64,000 nt of DNA from a virus (IMGVR_UViG_3300020365_000010:12167-76166), one strand, 5' to 3'. Positions 8,701 through 19,600 are shown, counted from the stretch's first letter. Translations and numbers: made by a program. Notes: generated by a model not told the origin, from the sequence alone.

Positions 8701-9528
8701 AGATGCTATCGCGATCCATCAAACCCTAGTGACATCATCTTTGTGCCTGTGGGTCTGGATGAGAATACATTTGATTACAACCGCAATGGATATTCAGAGT
8801 ATCAGCAGTTTGCACTTTGGTTAGGAGACAACCTAACTGGTGGTGGACTGACTTCTGGTAGCACATCGTGGTCATGGGTCGATGATGAGACAACTACAAC
8901 CACAAATCCTGACGGATCAACGTCATCATCTACCACAAGTTACGGTGGCACTACTTCATCTGGATATACTGCATTCACTGTGGACTGTAGTCCTGACCCT
9001 GGTAGCACTAATGTGCCTAACCATGATTGTTGGGATAAGTATGTGCGTGCCACAGGAGCGCCCTCAGACGCCCCTCTCAACGTTTACTGTGCATATGACA
9101 ATCAGGGTAACGGACTTCCTGGAGAGCGTTTCTGGGAGATCACAGGACCCGCTAACGGGACGCAACCTGATGGATATACAACACCAACTGGACCAACAAA
9201 TCCATTCTGCTCTCAATGCACAGGATCGTCTTTGTATCCTTCATGGTCCATTGTCTTTGGTGGTGGTCCTCCTGCTTGTGGTCTAGATGATGTGAATGAC
9301 GCATCTATTGCTATTGACCCTCAGCGTATTTACGATCATGGTGATGGTGTAGGTAAGGTTATGCAGATGGGATCGTATGATGGCACCATGCAAGTCAGAA
9401 ACTGGTTGACTGGTGGCACTATTGCTCTAAGTAGGACCATCAGGAATTTGGGTAATCCATATTTCGATGAGTGTGATGGCCTAAATGCTTGGAATGCAGG
9501 AAACCGTATTAACGACGATATTGTTTAA
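5785..9528 (+). CDS. large virion structural protein (baseplate-associated), 1247 aa
   Basis: Position before PAAR/gp25; G-x-G-Y modules (GGKGYKNP, GGAGYNQ); Gly/Cys-rich. Confidence 0.75.
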   Translation: MAAYVEETSRSYPNPISSQEMATTFKRPSSGKYRSHESAPGVGTGTDYQITFQGAGPGSFPLGRDIVHYIGDIDPQCVGNCDGDRQAIYRFWRSNKRDHKYAITPQLQKKDMGVENEDWEKAAGGYRPEPKNGKPVFYLLREQLDNTVPVKLFYSYWPDNTLLHAGSGNPGGITIGNGKGKYMDLGIIGYAYASQESGTVPLYHYRYGSYGASKGKDIDDFYTIDPSQEVDLGGGPIPPRKPREGRWQYQGIECYVYSGEDPNAPKRTYRDIGKIGPTGQCINKRSWYAWPADDQPFNWRVYNRGGYPGGYPNGPAGATPGVLGFGNPDNVELLSEDANFEWAYGLNGAIKGAVPRFLGFEDSYDSQFYYYLYDTSYPWNGPIFGIQYALNDIPCCPNTTCNDENSERPRPCCIPNDHHYSHFYEIREDSWETTKTRMSINDISTNGVKESFQCIDTDSRRILFRYTSTSGSFKRGETLNGWIIGSVVYYGDELKCGLIELNAGAVGSKFSYNQTITSADGGTAVVLAGYGIPNKGAFAGVYEFPKRISYYEVEINPKALIPTRTLDLAEAEAVVDNNGSITEVIMIAGGKGYKNPTVEAINPRVMDSYSAGDLSKFMQDGVVKGDEANISNSFLTPDTSNIIDNNVRDTFESLGVQNGEIPYATDKNAEKMKLKKAILEISEITEDGEIMSIRVVDGGAGYNQAEPPTVMIVEPETFEYKSPEILDDTPENTRDRITDLGATFASKFVGAMDAESHQRLSGFMQGSFVTATAGPKTSVVDTYLRVPDREEGDETKYCFDIPQKCISIPVYGQLSSVPANWESLFTYTQANPGVAEWYNTNSGIVSDGFRKGDALLDNLSSVYGAFGGSNCIVSGQPKLYNIRRWFDMPCAYLASGGGEQKAFGYLVYKYTASEQQEASFRVSMEVEGKVIGSMGSDFMDYLDTFPKPRITPARKVSGGYKTWSCRTGGVDGRCYRDPSNPSDIIFVPVGLDENTFDYNRNGYSEYQQFALWLGDNLTGGGLTSGSTSWSWVDDETTTTTNPDGSTSSSTTSYGGTTSSGYTAFTVDCSPDPGSTNVPNHDCWDKYVRATGAPSDAPLNVYCAYDNQGNGLPGERFWEITGPANGTQPDGYTTPTGPTNPFCSQCTGSSLYPSWSIVFGGGPPACGLDDVNDASIAIDPQRIYDHGDGVGKVMQMGSYDGTMQVRNWLTGGTIALSRTIRNLGNPYFDECDGLNAWNAGNRINDDIV

Positions 9529-9530
9529 CT

Positions 9531-10064
9531 ATGGCATATGGATTTCTAAAACCTGTTGCATCACTGAATGGTCTTCCATGCTCTGGACATGGACTTTGTA
9601 TACCATCCACCATTCACTCTGTACAGGCGTGTGGCACCCCTCCAATCCCCTACAGCATCGTTATTAAGAATTTTACATGCTGGTGGCCCCCTTTGCCCCT
9701 AATTCCGTTGACAGCGATCAACCCATTTAGGGCAACTGTGCTGGTAAACATGATTCCGATCATGTTGATGGGTGATGTTTTCATCAATCACCCTGCAGTT
9801 TGCTCGAATATCATCATTTACCTGTGCCCTTGTGGCAAAGCAATCTGTGCAATCCCAACTCCTATCCCATGTAGTCCCCTAACTATTGAAGATATGGGTG
9901 TTATTGGACACCCAAGAGTCGTTATGGCAACAACTTTGACAGTCTTTGCACTGAAATTGCCTGTTGCACGCATCCTAGACCCCCTCGGAGTCGGATTTCC
10001 TGGTTTCTCTTACCCCTGCTCGTCGGTTGTTGCCTTTGGACACCCCACTGTGCTTGCCTCATGA
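9531..10064 (+). CDS. PAAR-like baseplate spike-tip protein (gp5.4-like), expanded
   Basis: PCSGHG, PIMLMGD..HP, PVARILDPLG...CSSVVAFGHPTVLA; upstream of gp25. Confidence 0.7.
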   Translation: MAYGFLKPVASLNGLPCSGHGLCIPSTIHSVQACGTPPIPYSIVIKNFTCWWPPLPLIPLTAINPFRATVLVNMIPIMLMGDVFINHPAVCSNIIIYLCPCGKAICAIPTPIPCSPLTIEDMGVIGHPRVVMATTLTVFALKLPVARILDPLGVGFPGFSYPCSSVVAFGHPTVLAS

Positions 10065-10081
10065 AGCAAATCTGCTATAAT
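10054..10081 (+). promoter_or_regulatory. sigma70-type promoter TTGCCT-16-(TG)nTATAAT
   Basis: Extended -10 at 10073-10081, 23 nt before ATG 10105. Confidence 0.65.
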
Positions 10082-10104
10082 TAGTAGGTCCACAACGGAG
10101 AAAA

Positions 10105-10254
10105 ATGGCAACTCGAAGCAAAGTCGGTATCTCAGGCACCAATTTCATGCCTGGTAAACCCAAAGCAACTCGACAAGGATCATCTAAAAACACAAAGTAT
10201 GCCGCGACATCACGAAACAAGGCGAAGAAGAGATACCGTGGTCAAGGACGATAA
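10105..10254 (+). CDS. small basic protein, 49 aa (MATRSKVGISGTNFMPGKPKATRQGSSKNTKYAATSRNKAKKRYRGQGR)
   Basis: Manual translation; GGAG RBS; Lys/Arg-rich with no acidic residue. Confidence 0.75.
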   Translation: MATRSKVGISGTNFMPGKPKATRQGSSKNTKYAATSRNKAKKRYRGQGR

Positions 10255-10255
10255 G

Positions 10256-10405
10256 GTGAAGACCACGCCCGAGCTGGTAAATGAAGCAAACAACGGACTT
10301 TATCATGCAACAATGAATCTCCCACATGCAGCAAAGCACTGTGGCATGACAGAAAGGGAGATGAAAATGACATTTAGAGAATTCCTTAAATATCAGGAGC
10401 AATAA
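10256..10405 (+). CDS. small hypothetical protein, possible HTH (NLPHAAKHCGMTEREMKMTF)
   Basis: GTG 10256 in frame with ORF-track ORF 10199..10405; avoids overlap with the 10105 gene. Confidence 0.65.
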   Translation: MKTTPELVNEANNGLYHATMNLPHAAKHCGMTEREMKMTFREFLKYQEQ

Positions 10406-10408
10406 ATT

Positions 10409-10918
10409 ATGAGAGATCTCCTCTTCATCAGTCAGGATAAGGAAATGGCACTCATCCAAGAGCTGATTTACAAGCTTAGGATGGCAAAACTTGACATTCA
10501 CCCGTCCAAAACCTGTTTTCTTTGTGTCTCCCCTGACTATTCAAGCATCGTTGCTCAACATTTGAGTCATGGTTTGTCTATTGATGGGGAGATTTTTCAT
10601 ATTGAGGCAGTAAATGTCAACTTTCCAGACGAAAGTCCTAAAAAATATCAGATAGATTTCAGTCTTAACTATGCAGAGTGGGTCTTAGAATGGGACAACT
10701 TTGTGCTTATCGAAGCAGGAGTGATCCGAGGCGGCACTTACACCTGGATTACCAAGGCAATGGAAGAGTTTTCAGACAAGAATTACCATACTGTCGCACT
10801 TGCTGAGAATATCGGAAGTAAATATGCCTCTGATTTTGTTGGAATGTATTATGACGACAGTAAAGAAGACTTACATTACTGGTGGGAGCGCCCAAACAAC
10901 CACTGGGAATGGCAATAA
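10409..10918 (+). CDS. type I phosphoribosyltransferase-fold protein with degenerate PRPP loop
   Basis: FVLIEAGVIRGGTY resembles VLIVDDxxxTGGT; C-terminal DFVG...LHYWWE resembles purine PRTase ends. Confidence 0.6.
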   Translation: MRDLLFISQDKEMALIQELIYKLRMAKLDIHPSKTCFLCVSPDYSSIVAQHLSHGLSIDGEIFHIEAVNVNFPDESPKKYQIDFSLNYAEWVLEWDNFVLIEAGVIRGGTYTWITKAMEEFSDKNYHTVALAENIGSKYASDFVGMYYDDSKEDLHYWWERPNNHWEWQ

Positions 10919-10921
10919 ATA
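10915..10921 (+). promoter_or_regulatory. late promoter ATAAATA
   Basis: T4-like late core overlapping stop, upstream of 10950 gene. Confidence 0.55.
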
Positions 10922-10949
10922 ACCTTATGCACTATGCAGGAGACTAACA

Positions 10950-11138
10950 ATGGCTAACAACCCAGTACCTGACCAGGGACAAGATTTCCTGAAGTCTGGG
11001 ATGACGCTAATAACTGATCCTAGAAGTGATAAATATCTCAACATGGCGCGTAAGCGCCACTCCGATCCACCCAAAGATCGGAATTCAAAATGGTGCGGTG
11101 GTAAAAATGGGTTTGACGACTATGTAGAAAGGATGTAA
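10950..11138 (+). CDS. hypothetical protein, 62 aa
   Basis: ORF track; AGGAG RBS; TAATG coupling to gp25. Confidence 0.75.
   Translation: MANNPVPDQGQDFLKSGMTLITDPRSDKYLNMARKRHSDPPKDRNSKWCGGKNGFDDYVERM
11029..11035 (+). promoter_or_regulatory. late promoter ATAAATA inside upstream ORF, candidate gp25 promoter
   Basis: About 100 nt upstream of gp25 ATG. Confidence 0.4.
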
Positions 11139-11551
11139 TGGCATCTTACAGATTCAGATCCGAGAAATACGTCAGTAGAGGATACAAAGACTTGTCTGTT
11201 TCATTCAAGTCTAACCCCTCTACTGGCGATTTTGGCATAGTTAAGAATGAAAATGCGATTAAGCAGGCAGTAAGAAATCTTTTATTGACTGATCTTGGTG
11301 AAAGACCCTTCCAACCCAACATTGGATCACGAATTAAGGGTCTTTTGTTTGAGCCTTGGGATGTTTTCAGTGCAGATGAGATCAAAGGTGAGATTAAAAA
11401 CTGCTTGAGTCGTCTAGAACCTAGAATTCAAGTCACAAAAGTGACTCTTACTGATGAACCAGATATAAATGCTATTGCAGTTGAGCTTGATTATACCATT
11501 GTTGGTGAAACTGTTGTCCAAACTATCGAGTTTCTCTTAGAGAAGGCATAA
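11138..11551 (+). CDS. g25: baseplate wedge subunit gp25
   Basis: AIKQAVRNLLLTDLGERPFQPNIGS and LEPRIQV gp25 motifs. Confidence 0.95.
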   Translation: MASYRFRSEKYVSRGYKDLSVSFKSNPSTGDFGIVKNENAIKQAVRNLLLTDLGERPFQPNIGSRIKGLLFEPWDVFSADEIKGEIKNCLSRLEPRIQVTKVTLTDEPDINAIAVELDYTIVGETVVQTIEFLLEKA

Positions 11552-11552
11552 A

Positions 11553-13667
11553 ATGTCAGCAATTCCTTCACAACTTACGTCTCTGGACTTCTTTGAGATC
11601 AAAGAATCCATTAAATCCTACCTCAGGACTCGGAAAGAGTTTTCGGATTACGATTTTGAGGGAAGTAGCGCATCGTACCTGATCGATATCCTCGCTTATA
11701 ACACATATTATACAGCATTCAACGCTAATATGGCGCTGAATGAGTCATTTCTCGAAACTGCAACCGTCAGAGACAACATTGTCCGCATTGCAAAGCAGTT
11801 AAATTACACTCCTAGGTCAATTAAAGCGCCTAAAGCGTGTATTAAGATCGAAGCACAGACAGAGATCGCTCTAAATGGCACTACATTTCCCGAATTTGCG
11901 ACTTTGAAGAAGGGAGATGTGTTTGTTGCGGAGAATGCACTCGATTCTTTCACATTTACACTCACAAGAGACATCACAGTCCCCGTAAATTCCTCAACTG
12001 GACTGGCAACTTTCGATGATGTCGTCATTTATCAAGGAAATCTGCTCTCATACAACTATACAGTTGATTATACGAAGCAACAAGAGTTTTTGATCCCTGC
12101 AGAAAACGTAGATACGGGTCTTCTCAGTGTTGACATCTCTCCAAACGCACAATCTTCGGAAACTGACACCTACAGTCTCGTAAATAACGCGACTGCATTG
12201 ACAGAAACCTCCAGAATCTACTATTTGGAGGAAACAGATGACCTCAGATACCGTTTGATCTTCGGTGATGGCGTTTTGGGGCGCAAATTGATTGATGGTG
12301 AATACATCAGACTGGAATATGTGCAAACTGATGGTGTAGCAGCAAACGGATCGAAGTCATTTAGCTTCATCGGCAACATTATTGACTCTGATGGGCGCGT
12401 TTTGCCTACAGCAGGCATGATGCTGCATGTCAAGGAGTCAGCACAGCAAGGCGAAGATCGCGAAACAGGTCTAAGCATCAAATTTAGAGCACCTAGAGCG
12501 TATGCAACGCAAAACCGTGCTGTGACCGAGAATGATTATGAGCATATCGTTTCTGAAGTGTATCCTCAAGCAGCATCGGTGACTGCATATGGCGGAGAGA
12601 GACTTTCTCCACCAATTTACGGTAAAGTCTTTATCGCTATCCGTCCTAAGACAGGCACAAAGCTCAATGCGAGCACAAAAGCGAAAATCAAGAATGATCT
12701 GAAGAAGTTTGCGGTTGCATCAATCGAGCCTGTCATCGTTGATCCCACTTCTTACTACATTATTCCAAAATCTTACGTTTACTACGACGGAAACGCAACT
12801 TCCAATACTGGATCGCAACTTGGCACCAAAGTGTTGCAGTCAATTGACCAATTTAACAAAGCAGGTCAAACAAACCGCTTCAATAACCGTATTGATGGAT
12901 CTAAGTTTGGTGCTGTGATCGATAACAGCGATACATCCATTGCTGGTAGCGTAACTCAGATTACTTTGGGTCAAAATCTGGATCAATTCACTTGGGGTAA
13001 CGTATTTACCCAATGTTTGGACTTTGGTAACAGAATTTACGATCCTTCATCCTATGCTGGCGACGAGCCTAAGAATGGAGACGGCACAGACCCCGATGGC
13101 AACGTCGGTGGCACAAAATGTGACCCTTCATTCTCTGTGGTCAAGTCTGGCACATTCTATGCAACTGGTTATACCGAAGATTTGGTAAACCTTGCACTTG
13201 ACGAATCAACTGGCGCTCAGATCATCACTCCTGCGTTTAACTCCAACGTTGCAACTGAAGTCCTGGTCCCTGTCAACATCAGAGACGATGGTAAGGGCAA
13301 CTTGATGCTGGTTACTAAGCGTGATGAGACAGAATTGATTCTCAACCCAACCGTTGGCACGGTTGACTACGGATCTGGCAAAGTTTGCGTTGGACCTCTG
13401 GCAATTTCGGATACTCCCGACAATATCGAAAGACTTCCAATTCAGGTCGTGCCCTACAGTGGATCTATTGACATTCCACCTGGCGTTGACCCCACAATCT
13501 TTAATCCTGCGGTTAATCCAATCGACTTTACGATTAACACAATCCCTGTCCCCACCTTCGATCCCAACAACTTCTCGGGATACAACTTCGGTCCTACAGG
13601 GGGTATAAATATCATTGATTACCCAATGGATTCTTTCGAGTATCCAGTGCCAGACGGTTGTTTCTGA
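11553..13667 (+). CDS. g6: baseplate wedge subunit gp6
   Basis: LDFFEIKESIK...DYDFEGS...LIDILAYNTYY; RAPRAYATQNRAVTENDY. Confidence 0.95.
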   Translation: MSAIPSQLTSLDFFEIKESIKSYLRTRKEFSDYDFEGSSASYLIDILAYNTYYTAFNANMALNESFLETATVRDNIVRIAKQLNYTPRSIKAPKACIKIEAQTEIALNGTTFPEFATLKKGDVFVAENALDSFTFTLTRDITVPVNSSTGLATFDDVVIYQGNLLSYNYTVDYTKQQEFLIPAENVDTGLLSVDISPNAQSSETDTYSLVNNATALTETSRIYYLEETDDLRYRLIFGDGVLGRKLIDGEYIRLEYVQTDGVAANGSKSFSFIGNIIDSDGRVLPTAGMMLHVKESAQQGEDRETGLSIKFRAPRAYATQNRAVTENDYEHIVSEVYPQAASVTAYGGERLSPPIYGKVFIAIRPKTGTKLNASTKAKIKNDLKKFAVASIEPVIVDPTSYYIIPKSYVYYDGNATSNTGSQLGTKVLQSIDQFNKAGQTNRFNNRIDGSKFGAVIDNSDTSIAGSVTQITLGQNLDQFTWGNVFTQCLDFGNRIYDPSSYAGDEPKNGDGTDPDGNVGGTKCDPSFSVVKSGTFYATGYTEDLVNLALDESTGAQIITPAFNSNVATEVLVPVNIRDDGKGNLMLVTKRDETELILNPTVGTVDYGSGKVCVGPLAISDTPDNIERLPIQVVPYSGSIDIPPGVDPTIFNPAVNPIDFTINTIPVPTFDPNNFSGYNFGPTGGINIIDYPMDSFEYPVPDGCF
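13604..13611 (+). promoter_or_regulatory. late promoter TATAAATA within the g6 3' end, candidate gp7 promoter
   Basis: Exact T4 late consensus about 60 nt upstream of the gp7 ATG. Confidence 0.7.
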
Positions 13668-13672
13668 GATAG

Positions 13673-16600
13673 ATGCAAAACAAAAACATTAACGTATCTG
13701 ATCGCGTCGAAGGTCAACTACCTGAGTTTATCAGGGAAGAAGATCAGCAGTTTGTCAACTTTCTCTTCGAGTATTACAAGTCTCAGGAGAAAACAGGCAG
13801 ACCGTATGATATCCTCAATAACCTTCTCAATTATCTCGACTTAGACGAGTATAATACAGAGCAGCTTTCTAGCAGCACACAACTGCTTTCTAATGTAGGT
13901 CTTTCTGAAGACAAACTGGAAGTAGAATCGATTGATGGTTTCTTGGATCAGAATGGATCCATCATGATCGATAATGAAGTCATGTATTACGAGTCTGTGA
14001 CTCGTGGTCCTGATGCTATTATCACTCCTGGCGTATCTATCGCTCAGTTTGATAAGAAGAAACAACAACTGGAAAATCCTTTTACACTGTTCGATGGTGT
14101 AAGGACATCTTTCCCCCTGAGTTTCCTTGGCACTCCCACTTCACCCCCAAGTGCTGAGCATCTCCTTGTAATCACTTACAACTACTTCAATATCCCTGGG
14201 GTTGACTACTACCTTGAGGGAGATGAGATTCGTTTCACCAATCCACCCCGTGAAAGGACTGGTGTTGACAATTCAGACTTTACTCAGATCATTTATCTGG
14301 TTGGTTATGCAAACCAACCTATTTTGACGTTGGATGCTGTCCCCTATACCGAGTGGGAAGGTGGACATGAGTATCCAATGCGTCTCAATACTCAGGCATA
14401 CCGCCCAACGTCGGAAATTGGTCTGATTATTCATAAGAATGGCAGACTGCTGAAACCTTACGAAGATTATTCAATCTTTGAAGATACTCTTATCTTTGAT
14501 TCAGTGTTGGGTGCTGCTGATGTCATCCATATTAGATCTGTTGAATATATTGCACCTGCATATGGATCTGGTGCTGATGCTATTGTCCAGGTAGCAGAAA
14601 GTGGTGCTATCTCTCGTCTGATCCCCAAGTCAGGTGGTAGTGGTTATCGTTTGGACTTTAATCCAAAAGTTGCCGTCATCTCAAAAACGGGTGAAGGTGC
14701 AACTGCCAAGTCTCTGATTGGCGGTATCAAAGATATTCGTCTTATTGATGGTGGTCAGGGTTATTCTTCATACAACCCACCTATTCCCATCATCGCTGAG
14801 CCTGTAAATAGCAGCGGCAGTAATGCTGTTCTGTCTCTGACTGTTGATGACGTTACAGGACAAGTTGATTCTATTACCATCGAGAATTCTGGTAGTGGAT
14901 ATGACTTCATCCCTGCTATTACATTTAGAAACCCCAGTGGTGCTGAAATTGGACAACCTCAGATTGACTCCGAGGGTAGATTGGTTGCCAATAGCATTGC
15001 TGTAACTGAAATGGGTTTTGGATACTCAAATCCTCCCATTGTATACATTGATCCTGCTCCCGAAGATGGTATCAACGCTGCAGCAGTTTCTAGAATCAAC
15101 CAAGACGGTCAGGTCTACGAAATCCTGATCACAAATAGAGGTAGAGGGTATCTTACCCCTCCTAGAGTCCGTATTATCCAACCTGTGGGCGCACAGGTGC
15201 TTGACGTGACCGTTGCATCGGGATCTGTCACTAATATCGAGATGTTGACGGGTGGAAAGGGTTATACCGACGCTCCTTCAGTTTATATTGTTGATGATCG
15301 CAAAGATGCTTACGGTGAGCCTATTGGCGGCACAGGAGCAGAAGCAATTGCAACGATCTTCAATGGTGAGATCACTGACATCAACGTTGTCAACTTTGGC
15401 GAAGGATATTCGAGCGAATTCCCACCTAAGATCTACATTGCTGAGCCCAAGTCTGCTAGAGCATCTGTAGATGTTGGATATGATGAAGTCACAGGTTTTG
15501 ACATCATTGAGCGTGGTGCAGGTTACTCACCTTCGGCATTCTTGGGTGTTTCTCGTGGTGTATCTGGTCCTGTTGGATATGATCAACTCCACAACGAAAT
15601 CTATGCTGGTGAGTCTGCTCTGAGGCAGTCCACACACCCTGAGGGGTCTGTTGTAACTAATTTGGACTCTCTCTTCCTGAGAGAAGTCTTTGATAAGTTT
15701 AGAAGACAATTCCTGCCCACTATTGATGTTGACTTTGCTAAGGTCAACCCTGTCCAGGTCATTAAGACCATTAAAGACTTCTATATCTCAAAAGGCACCG
15801 AGCTCGCTACTCAGTATCTGTTTAAGATCCTGTTTGGTGAAGAAATCTCTATCTTCTATCCTAAAGATGAGATTATCAGTCCTTCCCATGCAACTTGGGT
15901 GGTTGACACTGTGTTGCGTGCTGAGTTGCTCGAAGGCGACCCAAGTAATCTGATTGACTCTCAGTTGAATCAGTATGCTGACCCTGTTGACCAGAATATC
16001 AAGGCAGCATCTGCTCTGATTGAAAATGTCATCACTATTATTGAAGGAACTGACACAATCTACGAATTGGCAATCTCAGAAGAGACTCTGAGTGGCGAAT
16101 TCAAGATTCCTTATAAAACTACCTTGGTAGAGCCTCTGACTACTGATGGTCAGATCATTACTGTTGACTCTACTATCGGATGGCCAGAAAGAAACGGCAC
16201 AATCCGTATTAACGACCAGGAAGAGGTCCAGTATAAGGAAAAATCACTCAACCAGTTTATTGAATGCACCAGAAGCAAAAATGGTGTTGTTGAGGACTGG
16301 GATCCTGGCACTGTGGTCCAATCTGACATCTTTGTGTATGTCAACAGAGGCACAGACCAAGAATGTAAGATGCGTGTCTTGGGTATTGCTGAAGCAGGCA
16401 CTACCGTCCTGGATGACACTGGATCTTACTACATTCAGGGTGACAAACTGAAAGTTGCTAACCTGGGATCGACAGCACTCGATGAGAGACTGTCTTCTTG
16501 GTTGTATAACGTCAAGAAACTCATTCAAGTTGATCGCATTGAGTCTGGTGGTGTTAATAACCAGACTGCAACTGTTTATTGTAATAATCCTCACGGTCTG

Positions 16601-19600
16601 CTGGTTTCTGATCAGGTGACGATCTATGGTGCAAACCCCGTTGTGTATAACGGCACCTTTACCGTCACATCTCGTATTGACCCCCTGACCTTCTCATATC
16701 AACTGAATACACCTACCGATATTATCCCTCAAGGTAATATCCTGTTGTCAGTTGACCTCAATAGAGGTAAGTCAGATCAAGCATCTATTGATAAAGTTGT
16801 AAGTGAGTTTACGACTAACATCCAAAACTCCTTCTTTAATGATGAGTATGTGTATGTGGCAGCATCTGGTCTGCCCAACTACAAGATCGGTCCCTTTACA
16901 GGATCGGCACTGATTCCTGGCAACCAGCGTAAACTGCTGAGATTCCCTAGAGATGTCCAGACTATTTCCGAACGTCAGAATGTTGCTGCGAATTCACCAA
17001 TTGGTGCATGGATCAATGGTGTCTCTATCTGGTCATATAAGTCTTCTGAGTATGTCCAATTTGGACCTCTGACTGGTATCGCAGTAACTAACAAAGGTGA
17101 AAACTATGATGCTGGTAACAAACCTGCCCTAGAGATTACTGGTGGCGGTGGTAGTGGTGCTGCTGGCGAAGTTGTTGTTAATGGTAGTCTGACATCATTT
17201 ACTGTTACTAACCAAGGTAGTGGTTATACCGAGTCTCCTCTGGTTTCTATCGTTGGTGGCGGTGGTAGTGGTGCAACTGCACAAGCAGTTATCACTGGCG
17301 GTCGTGTTACTAGAATTCTGGTTGAGCAGCAAGGTAGTGGTTATGATTCGCAACCTAGTGTTGCTATTACTGGTGGTGGTGGACAAGGTGCAACAGCAGT
17401 TGCTAACGTCCGTGGTCCTATCTCTGGTGTTAATATCACTAACTTTGGCACAGGATATACTTCAGATCCTGAGGTCAGAGTCAACTCTGGTGAAGGTGCT
17501 TTGGCACAACCCATTGTGATCAATGGTCGTATTGTTTCTATCGCTATTATTAACTCTGGTAGTGGATATACCACACCACCTAATGTAATCATCAATGGTG
17601 ATGGTTTTGGTGCTATTGGTCAAGCAACTATCGGCACAACTGGTGAAGATAAAGGTCGTGTGCTGTCTGTGACTATCACAAACAGAGGTGTTGGTTATAC
17701 TCAAGGTAATACTACTGTTAGATTGGAAGCTATTGGTGAAAGAGCAACTTTCACTCCCGAAGTCTTCAAGTGGAATAGAAACCTTCAGTATGATCTTGTC
17801 AATAAGTATGACTTTGCAAGAGGTTATGTCTTCACTGGTTATAACAACCAGTTTGGTGGTGAGTATGCTCACCTGAGTGATCCTAAAGAGTTGCGTTATG
17901 TGGTTGGTGACAACGTATTCCTTGATCCTGTAACCCAGCAATTCAAAGAGCTTGAAACCAACTTCAGACACTCACCTATCATCGGTTGGGCGTTTGATGG
18001 TAACCCCATTTATGGTCCTTATGGTTATATTGATCCCACTGACCAAAACAGTGGAATCAGAAGACTGCGTACTTCTTATAAACTGAAAGATAACGTAGTT
18101 TACGATGAGTCAACCAATCCAAACCCAGCTCGTGTAGATGGTCCTGCAATTGCAACTTACCCTGCTGGATCGTTTGTAGCAGACTACACCTATGACTTCC
18201 AGTCTGGTGACCTTGACAACTATAACGGACGTTTCTGTAAGACACCTGAATACCCCGATGGCACTTACGCATATTTTATCACAATTGATGCGTCAGAATC
18301 TGGTGTTGCAGAATTCCCATACATTATTGGACCTCAATTTAACTCACTGCCCGATAACTGGAATTTCGATCAAGCAGCAACACAGGAAAACATTCCTGCT
18401 GACGTTGTAAGATATAGAGATCCCTATGTTGACGTTGATATCGACATTGATCGTCAACCTAACCAAGAAGCAGATGTCCTGACGACTGAAGTTGAAGGAT
18501 ATCCCATCATCTTTGAGATCCAAGATAGCAACAATGATGGTCTGATTGATGCTCTGGAGCAGCAAGAGATCCTTGAGATGTCTGAAGAGGCAACTCTGCA
18601 GATCTATGACTACTTCCCTCAGGTTTCTGAAGAATCTAGAGTTGACATCGAAGTTGAGACAACTACTCAGTTTGAGAATGCTCAGATTGATGGTTTCGTG
18701 ATTGAAAACCCTGGTGAGTCTTATCAGGTTAATGATACTGTCTTCTTCGACAATGAAGGCACTGGTGGATTCGGTGCATCTGCAATTATCGACTCTGTTA
18801 AGGGTCAGAATATCCTTGGTTATACCAAGGAGATGATTGGTGATCGTCCTTACGGCGTTATTACTACTGATATCGAGCACGAGTTGCGTCCTCAAGACGT
18901 TATCATCGTCAACTCACGCCCCATTACTGACAATACCAATAAGTCATTCAAAGTTAAGGTTGTTGCTGGTATTGAGCGTATTCGTGTCCTGCAAGAAGGT
19001 ATTGGATACAACGCTGACATTCCTCCTACCTTTGAATTGATTACAACTCAAGGTCAGGATGGTGTGCTGCGTCTGAATCTCCAGAATACTGGTCAAGTCC
19101 AGACTGCAGACATCATTAACTCTGGTAATGGATATGATCCTGAGAATCCTCCTCAGATTCGTGTTTCGCATCCTCAGCAGTTTAAGAAGACTCGTTATTG
19201 GATTACTGACTATCTGGAAGCAGCAGGTAGAATCACCATTAACGATATGGTCCAGTCTTCTACTCGCTATACCTATGTTTGCGGTAGCATTACTGAGCCT
19301 GATGCCGATCAAGCAGCATTCCTTGCCAAGTTTGATGACCTGGGTCAGTTGATCTGGGATCGCACCCTCATTCCTCAGAATGCTAACCAGAAGCGTGCTG
19401 AATTCATGAGAATGACTCTTGATGAGTCACAAGAAAACGACCTCATTTATGTAACAGGCCAAACATACCAACCTGACGCCGATACCTTTAACCCTGACAT
19501 CTGGATGGGTCTGTATGAGTCTGGTTTCGATAATGCTGCTGCCCCCGCAGGTATTCTGAAGTGGCAGAGAGCAATTGGTGGTATCTCTGGTAGCACAAGA

